Shown: positions 42,256 through 52,926 of the stretch, piece by piece
Layout: each line of letters opens with the position of its first letter
Position numbering within the stretch: the first letter of the stretch is position 1
Assembly: GCA_965246815.1 (NCBI GenBank)
Contig: CBDFFS010000009.1
Location: 27,878 to 91,877, forward strand
Origin: Actinoplanes sp.
GTDB taxonomy: Bacteria > Actinomycetota > Actinomycetes > Mycobacteriales > Micromonosporaceae
Direction of reading: 5' to 3'
DNA length: 64,000 bases
Made by a program: the position numbers and the translations under genes
Notes under the pieces: generated by a model
Databases searched by the model: none
The model's input: only the letters and a program-made list of their open reading frames with translations
Told to the model about the DNA's origin: nothing

Positions 42256-43848
42256 TCATCGGCCGAACCGGCGGGCCAGCCTCGCCGCGAGCGGTCGGGT
42301 GTCTGCTGGGTCCAGCACAACCGCAACAGCGGTGAACACGACCAACACCGCTACCCCACCCAGCATGCCCTGCATGACAGTGTTCAATCCGGTTGGGGTG
42401 TGACCGAGCAGTTGACCGACGCCGAGCACCGTGCCCCAACCGGCCACTCCGGCTGCCAGAGCTGCCGCGGTGGCGGCAGCAGTGGCCCGGCCCAAACCGG
42501 CCAGCGCGGCAGGCCCGGCGTGTCGGCGTACGGCGAGGACGAGCAGAAGCCCGATGACTGACATGCCGAGCGCGTTGGCCAGTCCTAGGCCGAGTAGCTG
42601 CTGGTCTCGGGGTTGAGTGGTGAAGACGACGACGACGGCCAGCGCGCCGACAGCCCAACCGATCGCGGTGCGGGCCGCTGCTGCGACGGTGGCACCTCGG
42701 GCGTAGAGCGCGCGGGAAAGCACCGCGAACAACGCGTAGCCGAGCAGGCCGGGGGCGAAGCCGACGATGCCAGCGGCCGCGTCGTCGGCGTTCAGGAAGT
42801 GGGCCATCGCGACCGCTAGCCCGGCCAGTGCTGCGCTGCCGAGGCCGGCGAGCAGGACGATCGAGCGCACCGTGCCCGCCAATGCGTCCGCGTACTCAGA
42901 GCTGTCGCAGCGGGCGACGGCGGCTACCAGGGTGGGATAGACAGCTGTCGCTAGCGGGACGGCCAGCACCGCCCAGGGCAGCAGGAACACTGTCTGCGCA
43001 GTGCTGTAGAGGGTCAGGGGCCCGTCCGGTCCAGCGCCCAGCACGATGATCAGGCCGACCACCAGCTGTTGTGCACCGACTGTGACCGCGCCGGCCCACC
43101 CGAGCCGTACCGCTTGGCGACCTTCGCCACCGGGGAACCGAAAGGTAGGGCGCCAGCGCAGGTCGAGCCGGCGCACCGGGATCAGCAGGCACAACGCGAG
43201 CACGACGACGCCAAGTGTGGTGCCGACCGACAAGATCAGCTCGCCAGTCGGGGTGAGGCCAAGCAGATCACTGCGGGCGCCGTCGACTCCCGCGTAGCTC
43301 AGGTATGCGCCGATCACTGTCACGCTGGATAACAGCGGGGCGATGACAGGCCAGGCGAACCGCCGGTGTGCTTGCAGGACGCCGGTGAGCACGATCCCGA
43401 TGCCATAGAGCGGCAGCTGGGGCGCGAAGATCCGCAGCAGCCGTGCGGCGAGGTGTTGTTGCGGGCTCGCCACCCCGTCCAGCACTCCGGCGATCGGCTC
43501 GGCCGCCAGCGCGACGATGAGCGCGACCGGCACCGTCACCGTCAGCACCCAGGTCAACAGCGCTGATGCCACCGCACCAGCTCGGCGCCGATCGCCAGAT
43601 TGCACCGCTCCGGCCAACAGCGGTACGACCAGACTGGCCAGCGCACCGCCCGCCACCAACTCGAAGACGACGTTCGGAATCGTATTGGCAGCGGTGTAAA
43701 GGTTCGCCAGCCCGTCCTTACCCACCGTGTGCACAAAAACGTACGTGCGCCCAAAACCGGCGATCCGCGCCACCACCGTCAAACCAGTGATCAGTACGGC
43801 CGCCCGCGCCACCGCCGCAGTGCGGGAAGGTTCAGCGGGGTCGGTCAC
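42256..43848 (-). CDS. murJ: MurJ/MviN-like lipid flippase
   Basis: ARIAGFGR, ANTIPNVVFELVAGGAL, FAPQLPLYG; GTG 43848 overlaps the upstream stop. Confidence 0.8.
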   Translation of the reverse strand: MTDPAEPSRTAAVARAAVLITGLTVVARIAGFGRTYVFVHTVGKDGLANLYTAANTIPNVVFELVAGGALASLVVPLLAGAVQSGDRRRAGAVASALLTWVLTVTVPVALIVALAAEPIAGVLDGVASPQQHLAARLLRIFAPQLPLYGIGIVLTGVLQAHRRFAWPVIAPLLSSVTVIGAYLSYAGVDGARSDLLGLTPTGELILSVGTTLGVVVLALCLLIPVRRLDLRWRPTFRFPGGEGRQAVRLGWAGAVTVGAQQLVVGLIIVLGAGPDGPLTLYSTAQTVFLLPWAVLAVPLATAVYPTLVAAVARCDSSEYADALAGTVRSIVLLAGLGSAALAGLAVAMAHFLNADDAAAGIVGFAPGLLGYALFAVLSRALYARGATVAAAARTAIGWAVGALAVVVVFTTQPRDQQLLGLGLANALGMSVIGLLLVLAVRRHAGPAALAGLGRATAAATAAALAAGVAGWGTVLGVGQLLGHTPTGLNTVMQGMLGGVAVLVVFTAVAVVLDPADTRPLAARLARRFGR

Positions 43849-44681
43849 GCGTGCTGGCGCCGGCCGAGATCGTCGACCCGCCGCAACCACGGGGTGTCCT
43901 GGATGACCTTGGTGAAGCTGACCTTCTCGCTAGCCGCGGTGAGTGAGGCCAACACCGTCAACGCAACGAGCCGACCACCCCGGCCGGTGCGCGCCGCTAG
44001 CGCCACTCCGAGCAGGGCGCCCATGGCGTTAGCCCCGGCATCGCCGAGCATGATCTCTTCGGCGAGGTCCGCCGGCAGCAGGGCAGTGCTCGCGCCGAGC
44101 GTTCCAGCAGCAACCGCCCCACTGCGGCCGAGGGTCAGCGGCACTCCCACCGCAATGCCGGCCTTAATCGCCCTGCCGGGACGCAGGTCGAGCAAGTTGA
44201 TCAGGTTTGCAGTGCCGGCGATTACCCCAGCGCCGAGCAGCACGTCGGTCGCGCGCTGCGCGCCCCCCGGGTGCCGGCTGCCGATCAGGGCCGACGCGAC
44301 CAGCCCGGCTGCGCCCACGCCCGCGATCTTGACGAGACCGCTGGTGACCCGGCCCGCGCGCAACGCACCGAGATGCCCGGCAAAGCCTTTGGCCGCCTTT
44401 TGTTCGGGTCGGTTGCCGACGATGTCGTCGTAAAAGCCGACAGCACCCGCGAGCGCACCCGCGGTGAGCGCCGCACCGGCGATCCGCTTTGTGGGCGACC
44501 CGAGCACCGCACCGACAGTTGCTCCCGCCGCGAGGGCCGGGCCGGCAGCGAGCGTGACCGTGCGGCCGTGAAAGTTGGTCCGGGTCAGCACACCTGCTTG
44601 CGGGTCGCGGCGAATCCAGTTAAGTGCGCCGCGGGCGAGCGCGGCGCCGATGCCGAACGAGCGGAAAACTCCGGTGGCCAT
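43845..44681 (-). CDS. MraY/WecA-like polyprenyl-phosphate transferase homologue
   Basis: GFYDD, ANLINLLDLRPG and MLGDAGANAMG parallel MraY motifs. Confidence 0.65.
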   Translation of the reverse strand: MATGVFRSFGIGAALARGALNWIRRDPQAGVLTRTNFHGRTVTLAAGPALAAGATVGAVLGSPTKRIAGAALTAGALAGAVGFYDDIVGNRPEQKAAKGFAGHLGALRAGRVTSGLVKIAGVGAAGLVASALIGSRHPGGAQRATDVLLGAGVIAGTANLINLLDLRPGRAIKAGIAVGVPLTLGRSGAVAAGTLGASTALLPADLAEEIMLGDAGANAMGALLGVALAARTGRGGRLVALTVLASLTAASEKVSFTKVIQDTPWLRRVDDLGRRQHA

Positions 44682-44706
44682 GGTGGGAAAGTCTAGATAA
44701 CGACGG

Positions 44707-45645
44707 CTACGCCGCGCTCTTGGGCACCAGTGAAGCGGCCCCGGCGGCTAGCCCGTACTGTCCGATTTTGTTTTGGATCATCCGCTCGATGACGACCAAG
44801 CCGGTCGCGACCTGGCCTTGCACCGTGCTGGCGTTGTCGACAGTGGAGATCGACTTGACCAGGGTCGGATCGCCGCGAACTGCGGAAATCAGGTTGCCGT
44901 CGCCGACCCCGTCCCCGGTGACCACGACCGGCTTGGTCTTGCTGAACTGGGTGACCACGGTGACGGCCGACTGGCTCTTCTTCGCCGCGTCCTTGTCCAC
45001 TGCGACCGCGCCGGTAACGATGACTGCCCCCTCAGCTCCCCCGACCGCCTTGTCGGAGACGGCTAGGTAGCTCTGCTGAGTGTACGAAGTCAGCACTGAA
45101 GTCACGTCCGCAGCACTGGCCTGGGTGGTCCCGGCCCGCTGGAACAAGGCCAGCGCGAGCTGAGCACTGGCCGTCTCGACCCCGTCGCTGTTGACCGGCA
45201 GGCCTTCGGTCGAGATGGTCGGCTGGGTTGACTGGTTGGCCAGGTCGAGCAGGTCAGTCGAGGCATTCGGGTCGAAGAATTTGTCCTGCAGCGCGACCTG
45301 GGCAGTAATCGTGGCCCCGGCAGTGGCCAGCATTTTGACCACGCCTTCGACTGTGCCGGTCGCGCTGCCGGGCAAAGTGAGCAGAAGCAGGCGCCGACCG
45401 GTGAGTTTGCCGCCGAGCACTGCCGGCGCTAGCTCGGTGGCGAATTCCTGGTTACGGTTTAGTTCCTCACGGTATTGGTTGACTTGATCGCGCTTGTTGC
45501 TGTTGTCCTTGTTCAGCGAGGAGAGCTGATTGCGCAGACTGTCGGCCACCGGCCCGTTTAGCGCTGCGGTGCCCACGACCAATCCGATCGCGAGGGCCAG
45601 GAAGACAGCGGTGAGAGACACCACGTGGTACCGGAAGTTGATCAC
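44707..45645 (-). CDS. steB: SteB / MctB (Rv1698-like) family protein
   Basis: INFRYHVVSLTAVFLALAIG, coiled coil, STVDN, YG C-terminal motif; lies downstream of steA. Confidence 0.8.
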   Translation of the reverse strand: MINFRYHVVSLTAVFLALAIGLVVGTAALNGPVADSLRNQLSSLNKDNSNKRDQVNQYREELNRNQEFATELAPAVLGGKLTGRRLLLLTLPGSATGTVEGVVKMLATAGATITAQVALQDKFFDPNASTDLLDLANQSTQPTISTEGLPVNSDGVETASAQLALALFQRAGTTQASAADVTSVLTSYTQQSYLAVSDKAVGGAEGAVIVTGAVAVDKDAAKKSQSAVTVVTQFSKTKPVVVTGDGVGDGNLISAVRGDPTLVKSISTVDNASTVQGQVATGLVVIERMIQNKIGQYGLAAGAASLVPKSAA

Positions 45646-45665
45646 GACGATTGCCCTGACGTTGG

Positions 45666-46844
45666 TTAGAAAAGGTGTCCCAGCTGGAAGACCAAATTGT
45701 CCCACCATTCGGAGACCACGGTCAGATACGCCTTGCCGACGGTCGAGACGGCGACCGCCGAGGCCATCGCCGCCAGCGCGGATAGCACCAGCAGCAGCAA
45801 TGCCGAGCCGGAGATGTTCTGCCGGTAAAGCCGGCTCACCCCTTTGGCGTCGACCAGTTTACTGCCGACTTTGAGGCGAGTGAGGAAGGTCGATGCCATC
45901 CCGCCGCGGCCCTTGTCGAGGAACTCGACCAGGTTGGCGTGGGTGCCGACTGCCACGATCAGGGTGGCGCCCTTGTCGTCGGCCAGCAGCATGGCCAGAT
46001 CTTCGCTGGTCGCCGCGGCCGGGAAGGTCAACGCTGGCACGTCGAGGCGATGAACTCGTTCCAGTCCCGGTGCGCGGCCGTCCGGGTAGGCGTGCACTAC
46101 CACTTCGGCGCCGCACCGCAGCACGTCGTCGGTGACCGAATCCATGTCGCCGATGATCAGATCCGGGGTGTATCCAGACTCGACCAAGGCATCAGCGCCA
46201 CCATCGACGCCAATCAGGACCGGTTTGTATTCGCGGATATAGGGCCGCAGGACATCCAGGTCGTCCTTGTAATCATAGCCACGGACCACGATCAGCACGT
46301 GCCGGCCGGCGATGTGGGTGCGCACCTCGGGCACACCGACGCCGTCGAGCAGCAGATCACGCTCTTTATTGAGGTAATCCATCGTGTTGGCGGCAAACGC
46401 CTCCAACTGCACGGACAAGCCCTCACGCGCATCCGCCATCGACGCCGCGACAGTGTCCGCGTCCTGCCGCACGCCGGAGGCCACAGCCTCACCGGCAAGG
46501 CAGACCGTGTCACCATCCAGGGTGATTTGATCGCCTTCATGTAGCCGATCGAAAACGTCCTCGCCGAGGTCGTCGATCAGCACGATCCCGTGTTTGACCA
46601 GCACTTGCGGGCCGAGGTTGGGATAGCGGCCGGATATCGACGGTTTGGCGTTGAGAACTGCGGCGACGCCGACACCGACGAGCGCGTCAGCCGCCACTCG
46701 GTCGAGGTCGACGTGGTCGATCACGGCGATGTCGCCGGGGCGCAACCGACCGGTCAGACGTTTGGTCCGCCGATCCAGGCGTGCGGTGCCCGCGAGATCT
46801 CCTGGCTCAGCGCTATGAATCCGGCGCAAGGTGGGAAGTCGCAT
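45666..46844 (-). CDS. steA: SteA (Rv1697-like) membrane-anchored protein
   Basis: RLDRRTKRL, SGRYPNLGP, IGVDGGADAL, FLTRLKVG; lies after recN. Confidence 0.85.
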   Translation of the reverse strand: MRLPTLRRIHSAEPGDLAGTARLDRRTKRLTGRLRPGDIAVIDHVDLDRVAADALVGVGVAAVLNAKPSISGRYPNLGPQVLVKHGIVLIDDLGEDVFDRLHEGDQITLDGDTVCLAGEAVASGVRQDADTVAASMADAREGLSVQLEAFAANTMDYLNKERDLLLDGVGVPEVRTHIAGRHVLIVVRGYDYKDDLDVLRPYIREYKPVLIGVDGGADALVESGYTPDLIIGDMDSVTDDVLRCGAEVVVHAYPDGRAPGLERVHRLDVPALTFPAAATSEDLAMLLADDKGATLIVAVGTHANLVEFLDKGRGGMASTFLTRLKVGSKLVDAKGVSRLYRQNISGSALLLLVLSALAAMASAVAVSTVGKAYLTVVSEWWDNLVFQLGHLF

Positions 46845-46941
46845 CCGCGTCATCCTGACACGCCAGGTCACTCGCTTACCTCGCGACATGCGCGACATGA
46901 TCCGTAAAGGGGACATAACGCCGCGACGTTGCCAGCGGCGA

Positions 46942-48699
46942 TCAAGCCCGCTTCTCCCGCGCCGCGACGGCCAGCAATTCCTCCGCATGCGCGATGCCCA
47001 GGTCGGAATCGGGCAGCCCGGCCAGCATTCGAGCTAGCTCCCGGGCCCGCTCAGTCTCCTCCACAATCCGGACCCCGCTTGTGGTGATCGCACCTGCGGT
47101 GTCCTTGGCCACCACCAGATGGCGATCGGCAAACGCCGCCACCTGCGGCAAATGCGTCACCACCAAAACCTGATGGGTGCGCGCGAGCCGAGCCAGCCGC
47201 CGACCGATTTCCACCGCCGCCTGCCCACCCACCCCCGCATCGACCTCGTCGAACACCAGCGTCGGCGGCCCGCCCGCACCAGCGAAAACCACCTCGATCG
47301 CGAGCATCACTCGGGACAACTCGCCCCCAGAGGCGCCCTTTTGCAGCGGCAACGACGGCGCGCCCGGATGAGCCAACAGCCGCAGCTCAACTTCGTCGGC
47401 GCCGTCGGGGCCAACTGCGAGCCGCACGTCATCAAGCGTCACCGTGGGCTCGTCCTTGCCGGACGAGCGCGCCAACACCGCCACCTCGACCCGCGCGTGT
47501 GGCATCGCTAAACCGGCCAGCTCCACGCTGACCGCCTCGGCAAACCTGGCCGCCGCCTCAACCCGGGCCGCAGTGAGGCGCCCGGCCAGCTCAGCAACGG
47601 TCCCAGCTAGTCGCTCGCGTTCCTTGTCCATCTCGTCGAGCACGTCGTCGGACGAATCCAGCACGGCTAGGCGGCTGCGCGCGTTCTGGGCCCAGGCGAT
47701 GACGCCTTCGACATCGTCGGCATATTTGCGGGTCAGCCCGCGCAACACCGCCCGCCGCTCATAGATCACCTCAAGCCGAGCCGGGTCAGCGTCGAGCAGG
47801 CCCAAATAGGCCGACAGCTCGCTGGCCACATCAGCGATCAGCGTCGCCGCCTCTTCCAGCCGCCCGGCCAACTCGCCCAACTTGGGGTCGACCCCGGACT
47901 GGGCCTCCAACGTGCGCCGAGCGCTGCCGAGCAACTGGGTCGCGTCGGGCGCGTCGTCGGTGGCCTCGACCCCACTGGCCAGCGCCTGAGCTGCCAACGC
48001 CGCAGCCACCCGCAAGCCCTCGGCATGCTCCAACCGCTGCCCCTCGGCGCGCAGGTCGTCATCCTCACCCGGCTGCGGATCGACCCGGCTGATCTCGTCC
48101 AGACCGAGCTTGAGCAGGTCGGCCTCTTGCGAACGAGCCCGCTCGTTGCGCCGACGGTCGGCGAGATCCTCGACCACCGCCCGCCAGCGACCGAACGTCT
48201 CGCGGTAGGCCTCAAGGAGCTTTTCGTGCTCAGCGCCGGCGAACCGGTCGAGTGCGGCCCGCTGCTCACTCGGGCGCAGCAGCCGCAGCTGGTCAGATTG
48301 GCCGTGCACTGCCACCACTTGCTCGCCGATCTCGGTGAGCATGGCGACGGGCATGCTGCGACCACCGACGTGCGCGCGTGAACGCCCCTCGATCGTCACG
48401 GTGCGACTGAGCAGCACCGAATTATCGTCGTCGATCTCGGCGCCGGCCTCGGTGATCCGCTCATGCACGGCGTTAGCCAACCGACCGTGCAGCCGCAGCC
48501 GACCCTCGACCACTGCTCGCCCGGGGTCAGCCCGGACCCGGCCGGCGTCGGCCCGGCCGCCGAACAACAAACCCAGGCCCGTGACCACCATCGTCTTACC
48601 CGCGCCGGTCTCACCGGTGATGACATTCATCCCGGACGTCAACCGCAGCGTCGTGTCGTCGATGACGCCTAGTCCGGTAATCCGCAATTCCTCCAGCAC
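46942..48699 (-). CDS. recN: DNA repair protein RecN
   Basis: TGETGAGKT, ASGGELSR, FDEVDAGVGG, VTHLPQVA. Confidence 0.96.
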   Translation of the reverse strand: MLEELRITGLGVIDDTTLRLTSGMNVITGETGAGKTMVVTGLGLLFGGRADAGRVRADPGRAVVEGRLRLHGRLANAVHERITEAGAEIDDDNSVLLSRTVTIEGRSRAHVGGRSMPVAMLTEIGEQVVAVHGQSDQLRLLRPSEQRAALDRFAGAEHEKLLEAYRETFGRWRAVVEDLADRRRNERARSQEADLLKLGLDEISRVDPQPGEDDDLRAEGQRLEHAEGLRVAAALAAQALASGVEATDDAPDATQLLGSARRTLEAQSGVDPKLGELAGRLEEAATLIADVASELSAYLGLLDADPARLEVIYERRAVLRGLTRKYADDVEGVIAWAQNARSRLAVLDSSDDVLDEMDKERERLAGTVAELAGRLTAARVEAAARFAEAVSVELAGLAMPHARVEVAVLARSSGKDEPTVTLDDVRLAVGPDGADEVELRLLAHPGAPSLPLQKGASGGELSRVMLAIEVVFAGAGGPPTLVFDEVDAGVGGQAAVEIGRRLARLARTHQVLVVTHLPQVAAFADRHLVVAKDTAGAITTSGVRIVEETERARELARMLAGLPDSDLGIAHAEELLAVAAREKRA

Positions 48700-48762
48700 A
48701 GGGCAGACAGTATCGGTGACCGCCGACAATTGCCCACCCTCGCTCGGGTGCGCCGGTGAAGA

Positions 48763-49650
48763 TTACCGTCGATTACCGCGCCACCCCTGCACCGGCAGAG
48801 CGAACTTAGCCACCAAGGTGTCGGTGAACGGTCGCGGCGCCAGCCGTACCAGTCGCACCGGCAGCTGTCCGCGCTCGACGGTGACCCGAGCCCCCGGCGG
48901 TAGATCCCATGTACGCCGCCCATCACAACACAACACCGCAAACGACGTGTACGGGTCGACAGTCAGCGAAAATGTCGACGTCGGCGCGGCGATCAGTGGC
49001 CTACTGAATAACGCATGCGCGCTGATCGGCACGAGTAGTAGCGCCTCCACCTCCGGCCAAACCACCGGCCCCCCAGCCGAAAACGCGTACGCGGTGGAGC
49101 CGGTCGGCGTGGCACACACCACTCCGTCGCAGCCATACCGAGACAACGGCCGCCCGTCGACATCCACGAGCAGTTCGAGCATCTGGGCCCGTTGCCCCTT
49201 TTCGACGCTGACCTCATTGAGCGCCCAGGACTCGGCGATCAGCCGCCCGTCGTATTCCGCCCGCACGTCCAGGGTGAGCCGCTCGTCCACCGTGTACGTA
49301 CCGTTAATGATGTCTTGCACTGCTTCGTCGATGTGATCGATCTCGGCTTCGGCAAGGAAGCCCACTTTGCCCAGATTTATCCCGAGCAGTGGGGTTCGCG
49401 CCGGCCGGGCCAATTCGGCCGCACGCAAAAACGTGCCGTCGCCACCCAACGCCAAGACGATTTCGGCTCCCTCGGCCGCGGCCGGGTCGTCAACTGGAGT
49501 CACTCCCGGCGGCAACTGCAGGTCAGCTACCTCTTCGGCGATCACCCGCACCTCAAAACCGGCCGCCACCAGGTCGCGCGCCACCGCCTGCGCATGCTGA
49601 GTGCTCTGCCGCCGCCCGGTATGCGTAACCAGCAACGCTGCCCGGGTCAT
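48763..49650 (-). CDS. ppnK: NAD kinase
   Basis: LGGDGT, GINLGKVGFL, ALNE, TPTGSTAY. Confidence 0.95.
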   Translation of the reverse strand: MTRAALLVTHTGRRQSTQHAQAVARDLVAAGFEVRVIAEEVADLQLPPGVTPVDDPAAAEGAEIVLALGGDGTFLRAAELARPARTPLLGINLGKVGFLAEAEIDHIDEAVQDIINGTYTVDERLTLDVRAEYDGRLIAESWALNEVSVEKGQRAQMLELLVDVDGRPLSRYGCDGVVCATPTGSTAYAFSAGGPVVWPEVEALLLVPISAHALFSRPLIAAPTSTFSLTVDPYTSFAVLCCDGRRTWDLPPGARVTVERGQLPVRLVRLAPRPFTDTLVAKFALPVQGWRGNRR

Positions 49651-50531
49651 CGCAGCTCCTCAAATTCAGCCGCAACCGACCCGATAGCCGGTCCTGCCAC
49701 ACCCGACTCAGCCTCGGCTGGCGCCGGATTAGGGCCGGCCTCGACGATCCGTTCGATGTCAGTTCGATCCGCGGGGGGCGCGTCCCGGCGAAACCATACG
49801 AAAAATTCGACATTTCCGCTCGGGCCTGGCAGCGGGCTCGCCGCCACCCCGGCGACACCAAGTCCAAGCTGGGCAGCAGCTGCGGCGACATCCAGGACCG
49901 CCTCGGCCCGCAACCGCCAGTCGCGCACCACCCCGCCCGTGCCGACCCGCTCACGCCCCACCTCGAACTGCGGTTTGACCATCAGCGCCAGATCACCATC
50001 GGGCGCAGTGCAGGCGGTCAACGCCGGCAACACCAGCCGCAACGAAATGAACGACAGGTCTGCCACAGTCAGCTCGACCAGGCCACCGATCAGGTCCGGG
50101 GTGAGCGTGCGCACGTTGGTGCGCTCGTGCACCACCACCCGCGCATTGGTGCGAATCGGCCAAGCGAGCTGCCCGTAGCCGACGTCAACCGCAACCACCT
50201 GAGCCGCGTCCGCCCGCAGCAGCACGTCGGTGAAGCCGCCGGTCGAAGCACCCGCGTCCAAACACCGCCGCCCCGCTACCCGCAAACCCGCAGTCGAAAA
50301 AACGGCCAATGCCCCAAATAGCTTGTGCCCACCGCGCGACACATACTCGGTAGCCGGGTCCTCGCCCGTAACCAACACCGGATCAGCCGGATCGATCATC
50401 GCCGCGACCTTGTGCGCCACGTTGCCGCACACCTGAACCCGCCCGGCCGCCACTAACGCCGCGGCCTGCTCCCGGGACCGGGCCAACTTGCGCCGCACCA
50501 GCTCAGCATCCAACCGGGCACGTCGTGCCAT
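49647..50531 (-). CDS. tlyA: TlyA rRNA 2'-O-methyltransferase
   Basis: S4 domain, YVSRGGHKL, DAGASTGGFT, KPQFE, GPSGNVE. Confidence 0.95.
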   Translation of the reverse strand: MARRARLDAELVRRKLARSREQAAALVAAGRVQVCGNVAHKVAAMIDPADPVLVTGEDPATEYVSRGGHKLFGALAVFSTAGLRVAGRRCLDAGASTGGFTDVLLRADAAQVVAVDVGYGQLAWPIRTNARVVVHERTNVRTLTPDLIGGLVELTVADLSFISLRLVLPALTACTAPDGDLALMVKPQFEVGRERVGTGGVVRDWRLRAEAVLDVAAAAAQLGLGVAGVAASPLPGPSGNVEFFVWFRRDAPPADRTDIERIVEAGPNPAPAEAESGVAGPAIGSVAAEFEELR

Positions 50532-50563
50532 CGAAAATCAAAACCCTCTTCCGGTACGCGTAT

Positions 50564-50866
50564 TCAGCGGTCGATGCTAGCCAGGGTCTCCTGCAGCACT
50601 TGGTGTGCCGCCTCGTACTCGGCAATCTGCTCCGCCGGCGCCAACCGTGCAGCATTGGCCAACGACTGCAACACCGCGTCCACCGCCGGATGCCCGGTCA
50701 GCGCATCGCGTCCAGGCCCCATACCCCGCTCGTCTGGTTGGGGTGTTGATTGGAATGCACTCGGCTCTGGCTGTGGTGCTGGCGTTGGTTGAAATGCACT
50801 CGGCGGTGGTGACGGCCGGAACCCGCCCGGCGGCGGCCCGGGTCTGGGCGAGAACGCGGCGGTCAT
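50564..50866 (-). CDS. Small conserved hypothetical protein
   Basis: Pro-rich N-terminus then TGHPAVDAVL...YEAAHQVLQETL helix; overlaps the upstream stop. Confidence 0.65.
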   Translation of the reverse strand: MTAAFSPRPGPPPGGFRPSPPPSAFQPTPAPQPEPSAFQSTPQPDERGMGPGRDALTGHPAVDAVLQSLANAARLAPAEQIAEYEAAHQVLQETLASIDR

Positions 50867-50870
50867 CGGC

Positions 50871-51464
50871 TCAGGCCTCCAGCTTCTTGGGCGTGCTCTT
50901 CTTCGGCTCGGCCCGCTTAGCGACTGCCTTCTTGGCGACGGTCTTGCGGCCGGAGGCGCTGCCAACCGGCGGCGTTCCCACGGCGGCCTGCGCCGGCAAA
51001 ACCACTGCCGGCGCCGATTCTTCTACCGCTTCCGTGCCGCCGGCTGCGGTGCCCTCGGCGGTCGTGGTGGTCTCGGCGGTCGTGGTGGTCTCGGCAATCG
51101 TTTCGTCGACGCTTGACGCGTTGGCGAGGGACTCGACGTTGATCTCGGCCGCGACCGCGCGCGCTTGCGCATCGCGCAACCGCTGCTCCAAGTCGCGCAC
51201 CCGGGCAGTCAGCTCAGACACCTCGTCGGCGGTGGCCAACCCGACCACGCCCAAGGCCTTGTCCACCTCGTAGCGAACGATGTTGGTCAGCGCTTCCCGG
51301 TTGCCCAACCCGGCCGACAGCAGATCCTCAACCAGACCTTGCAGCTGACCGGCCGTGGCGCTGCCGCGGTTGACTAGATCACCGGCCACCTGCTGCGCTC
51401 TCTTGCGTGGTGCTTCGGTCAATCCGAGCGCCATTTCCAGATATGCCCGCCATGCGTCCGGCAT
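50871..51464 (-). CDS. Phasin-like protein with Lys/Ala-rich tail
   Basis: Amphipathic N-terminal helices, LGLATADEVSEL coiled coil, AKKAVAKR tail. Confidence 0.6.
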   Translation of the reverse strand: MPDAWRAYLEMALGLTEAPRKRAQQVAGDLVNRGSATAGQLQGLVEDLLSAGLGNREALTNIVRYEVDKALGVVGLATADEVSELTARVRDLEQRLRDAQARAVAAEINVESLANASSVDETIAETTTTAETTTTAEGTAAGGTEAVEESAPAVVLPAQAAVGTPPVGSASGRKTVAKKAVAKRAEPKKSTPKKLEA

Positions 51465-51574
51465 TTTCTGCTCCTCCCGGGGGGCTCTGTCGGGTCTCAC
51501 GCTACCGGGCGGTCACCCGGACTCGGTACGGTACGGTGCGCTACGCGAATTGGGTGCGCGAAGAAGGAGACCAC

Positions 51575-51910
51575 ATGGCAGGCGTGGACGAATGTCGGCA
51601 GGCGTTGCACGACTTGGCGACCCGGTTGGATGCCAACGCCGAAAGCCGCGGCAAGCTGTCCTTCGATCGCACCTTGGCCTGCCGGATCACTGATCTGGCG
51701 ACCGCGTTTCACGGCCAACTCAGCGGCGGTCGGCTGCTCGACATCGCCGACGGCGACGACCCGTCCGCCAAGATCGCGCTGAGTATTTCCAGCGACGACC
51801 TGATCGCCCTAGCCGCCGGTCAGCTCGACCTGACCCGGGCGCTAGCCAGCCGCCGAATAGCCATTAAAGCCAACCCGCTCGACCTGCTCAAACTCCGCAA
51901 ACTGACCTAA
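51575..51910 (+). CDS. SCP2 sterol-binding domain protein
   Basis: GGAG RBS, ATG 51575; ISSDDLIALAAGQLDLTRALASRRIAIKA. Confidence 0.75.
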   Translation: MAGVDECRQALHDLATRLDANAESRGKLSFDRTLACRITDLATAFHGQLSGGRLLDIADGDDPSAKIALSISSDDLIALAAGQLDLTRALASRRIAIKANPLDLLKLRKLT

Positions 51911-51919
51911 GCCCGCGCC

Positions 51920-52924
51920 TCAGCACAACCAGCTGTCGAGCAGCTCCCGAGCCGCGTCCGACCCAGCCGAAATTCCCGACACAGGTACGCCGTCCCAGAT
52001 CACCGGGCACAGCAGTCGCAACGCATCGACCGGGTCCCCGACGCCGTCAAGTGCCACCGTGTCACCGGCGCGCGCAATCCGCCACCCACCGACCTCGCTG
52101 CAGCCAACCGGAAATCCCACCCGACCAACCGGCTGGAACAACCCCGACAAATCCGCCGACACGTACGTTGGGCGGCGCTCGACTGGTGCCGTGAGCAAAT
52201 CGGCCGGCCCGCTGACGCCGGTGAGCACCAGCAGACTGTCCATGCCCGCACCGACGGCACCTTGAATGTCAGTGTCCAGCCGATCACCAACGGCTAGCGG
52301 TCGACTGGCGCCTGAGAGCGAAGCCGCAGTGGTGAACAAGGCGGGTTCGGGCTTGCCGACCACCAAATCCGGCTCCCGGCCCAGGGCAGTACGCAGCACC
52401 GAAACCAGCGAACCGTTGCCGGGCAGTGGTCCACGCGGGCTCGGCAACGTCCGGTCGGTGTTGGTCGCCACCCAGGTCGCACCGGCCCGCACGGCGAGCG
52501 CCGCCTCGCAGAGAATCTTCCAGTCAACCTCCGGCCCAAAGCCCTGCACGACCGCGGCAGGTGCGGCATCGGCCGACTCGACCGGGTTCAGCCCAACCTC
52601 GCGTACCTCGGCTCGCAACGCTTCCGCCCCCACCACCAGAACCGGTGAACCCGCTGGCAGCCTTTCGGCCAGTACGGCCGCCGCCGCGCCGGCTGAGGTG
52701 AGCACCTCAGCCGGCTCGGCGGACACACCCATGCCATTGAGCAAGTCGGCGACCGCACCAGCACGACGCGAGGCATTGTTCGTCGCGTACGCCAGTGCCT
52801 TGCCGTCGGCGCGCAACCGGGCAACGGCCTCAGCTGCACCGTCGATCGGCTTGTCGATCAGATAGACCACGCCGTCCAGGTCAAAGATGACCAGGTCGTA
52901 GCCGCCGACCAGCTCGTCGCTCAT
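51920..52924 (-). CDS. HAD-IIA hydrolase (NagD-like)
   Basis: DLDGVVY, TNNA, TNTD, VGKPEP, GDRLDTDI. Confidence 0.92.
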   Translation of the reverse strand: MSDELVGGYDLVIFDLDGVVYLIDKPIDGAAEAVARLRADGKALAYATNNASRRAGAVADLLNGMGVSAEPAEVLTSAGAAAAVLAERLPAGSPVLVVGAEALRAEVREVGLNPVESADAAPAAVVQGFGPEVDWKILCEAALAVRAGATWVATNTDRTLPSPRGPLPGNGSLVSVLRTALGREPDLVVGKPEPALFTTAASLSGASRPLAVGDRLDTDIQGAVGAGMDSLLVLTGVSGPADLLTAPVERRPTYVSADLSGLFQPVGRVGFPVGCSEVGGWRIARAGDTVALDGVGDPVDALRLLCPVIWDGVPVSGISAGSDAARELLDSWLC

Positions 52925-52926
52925 GG

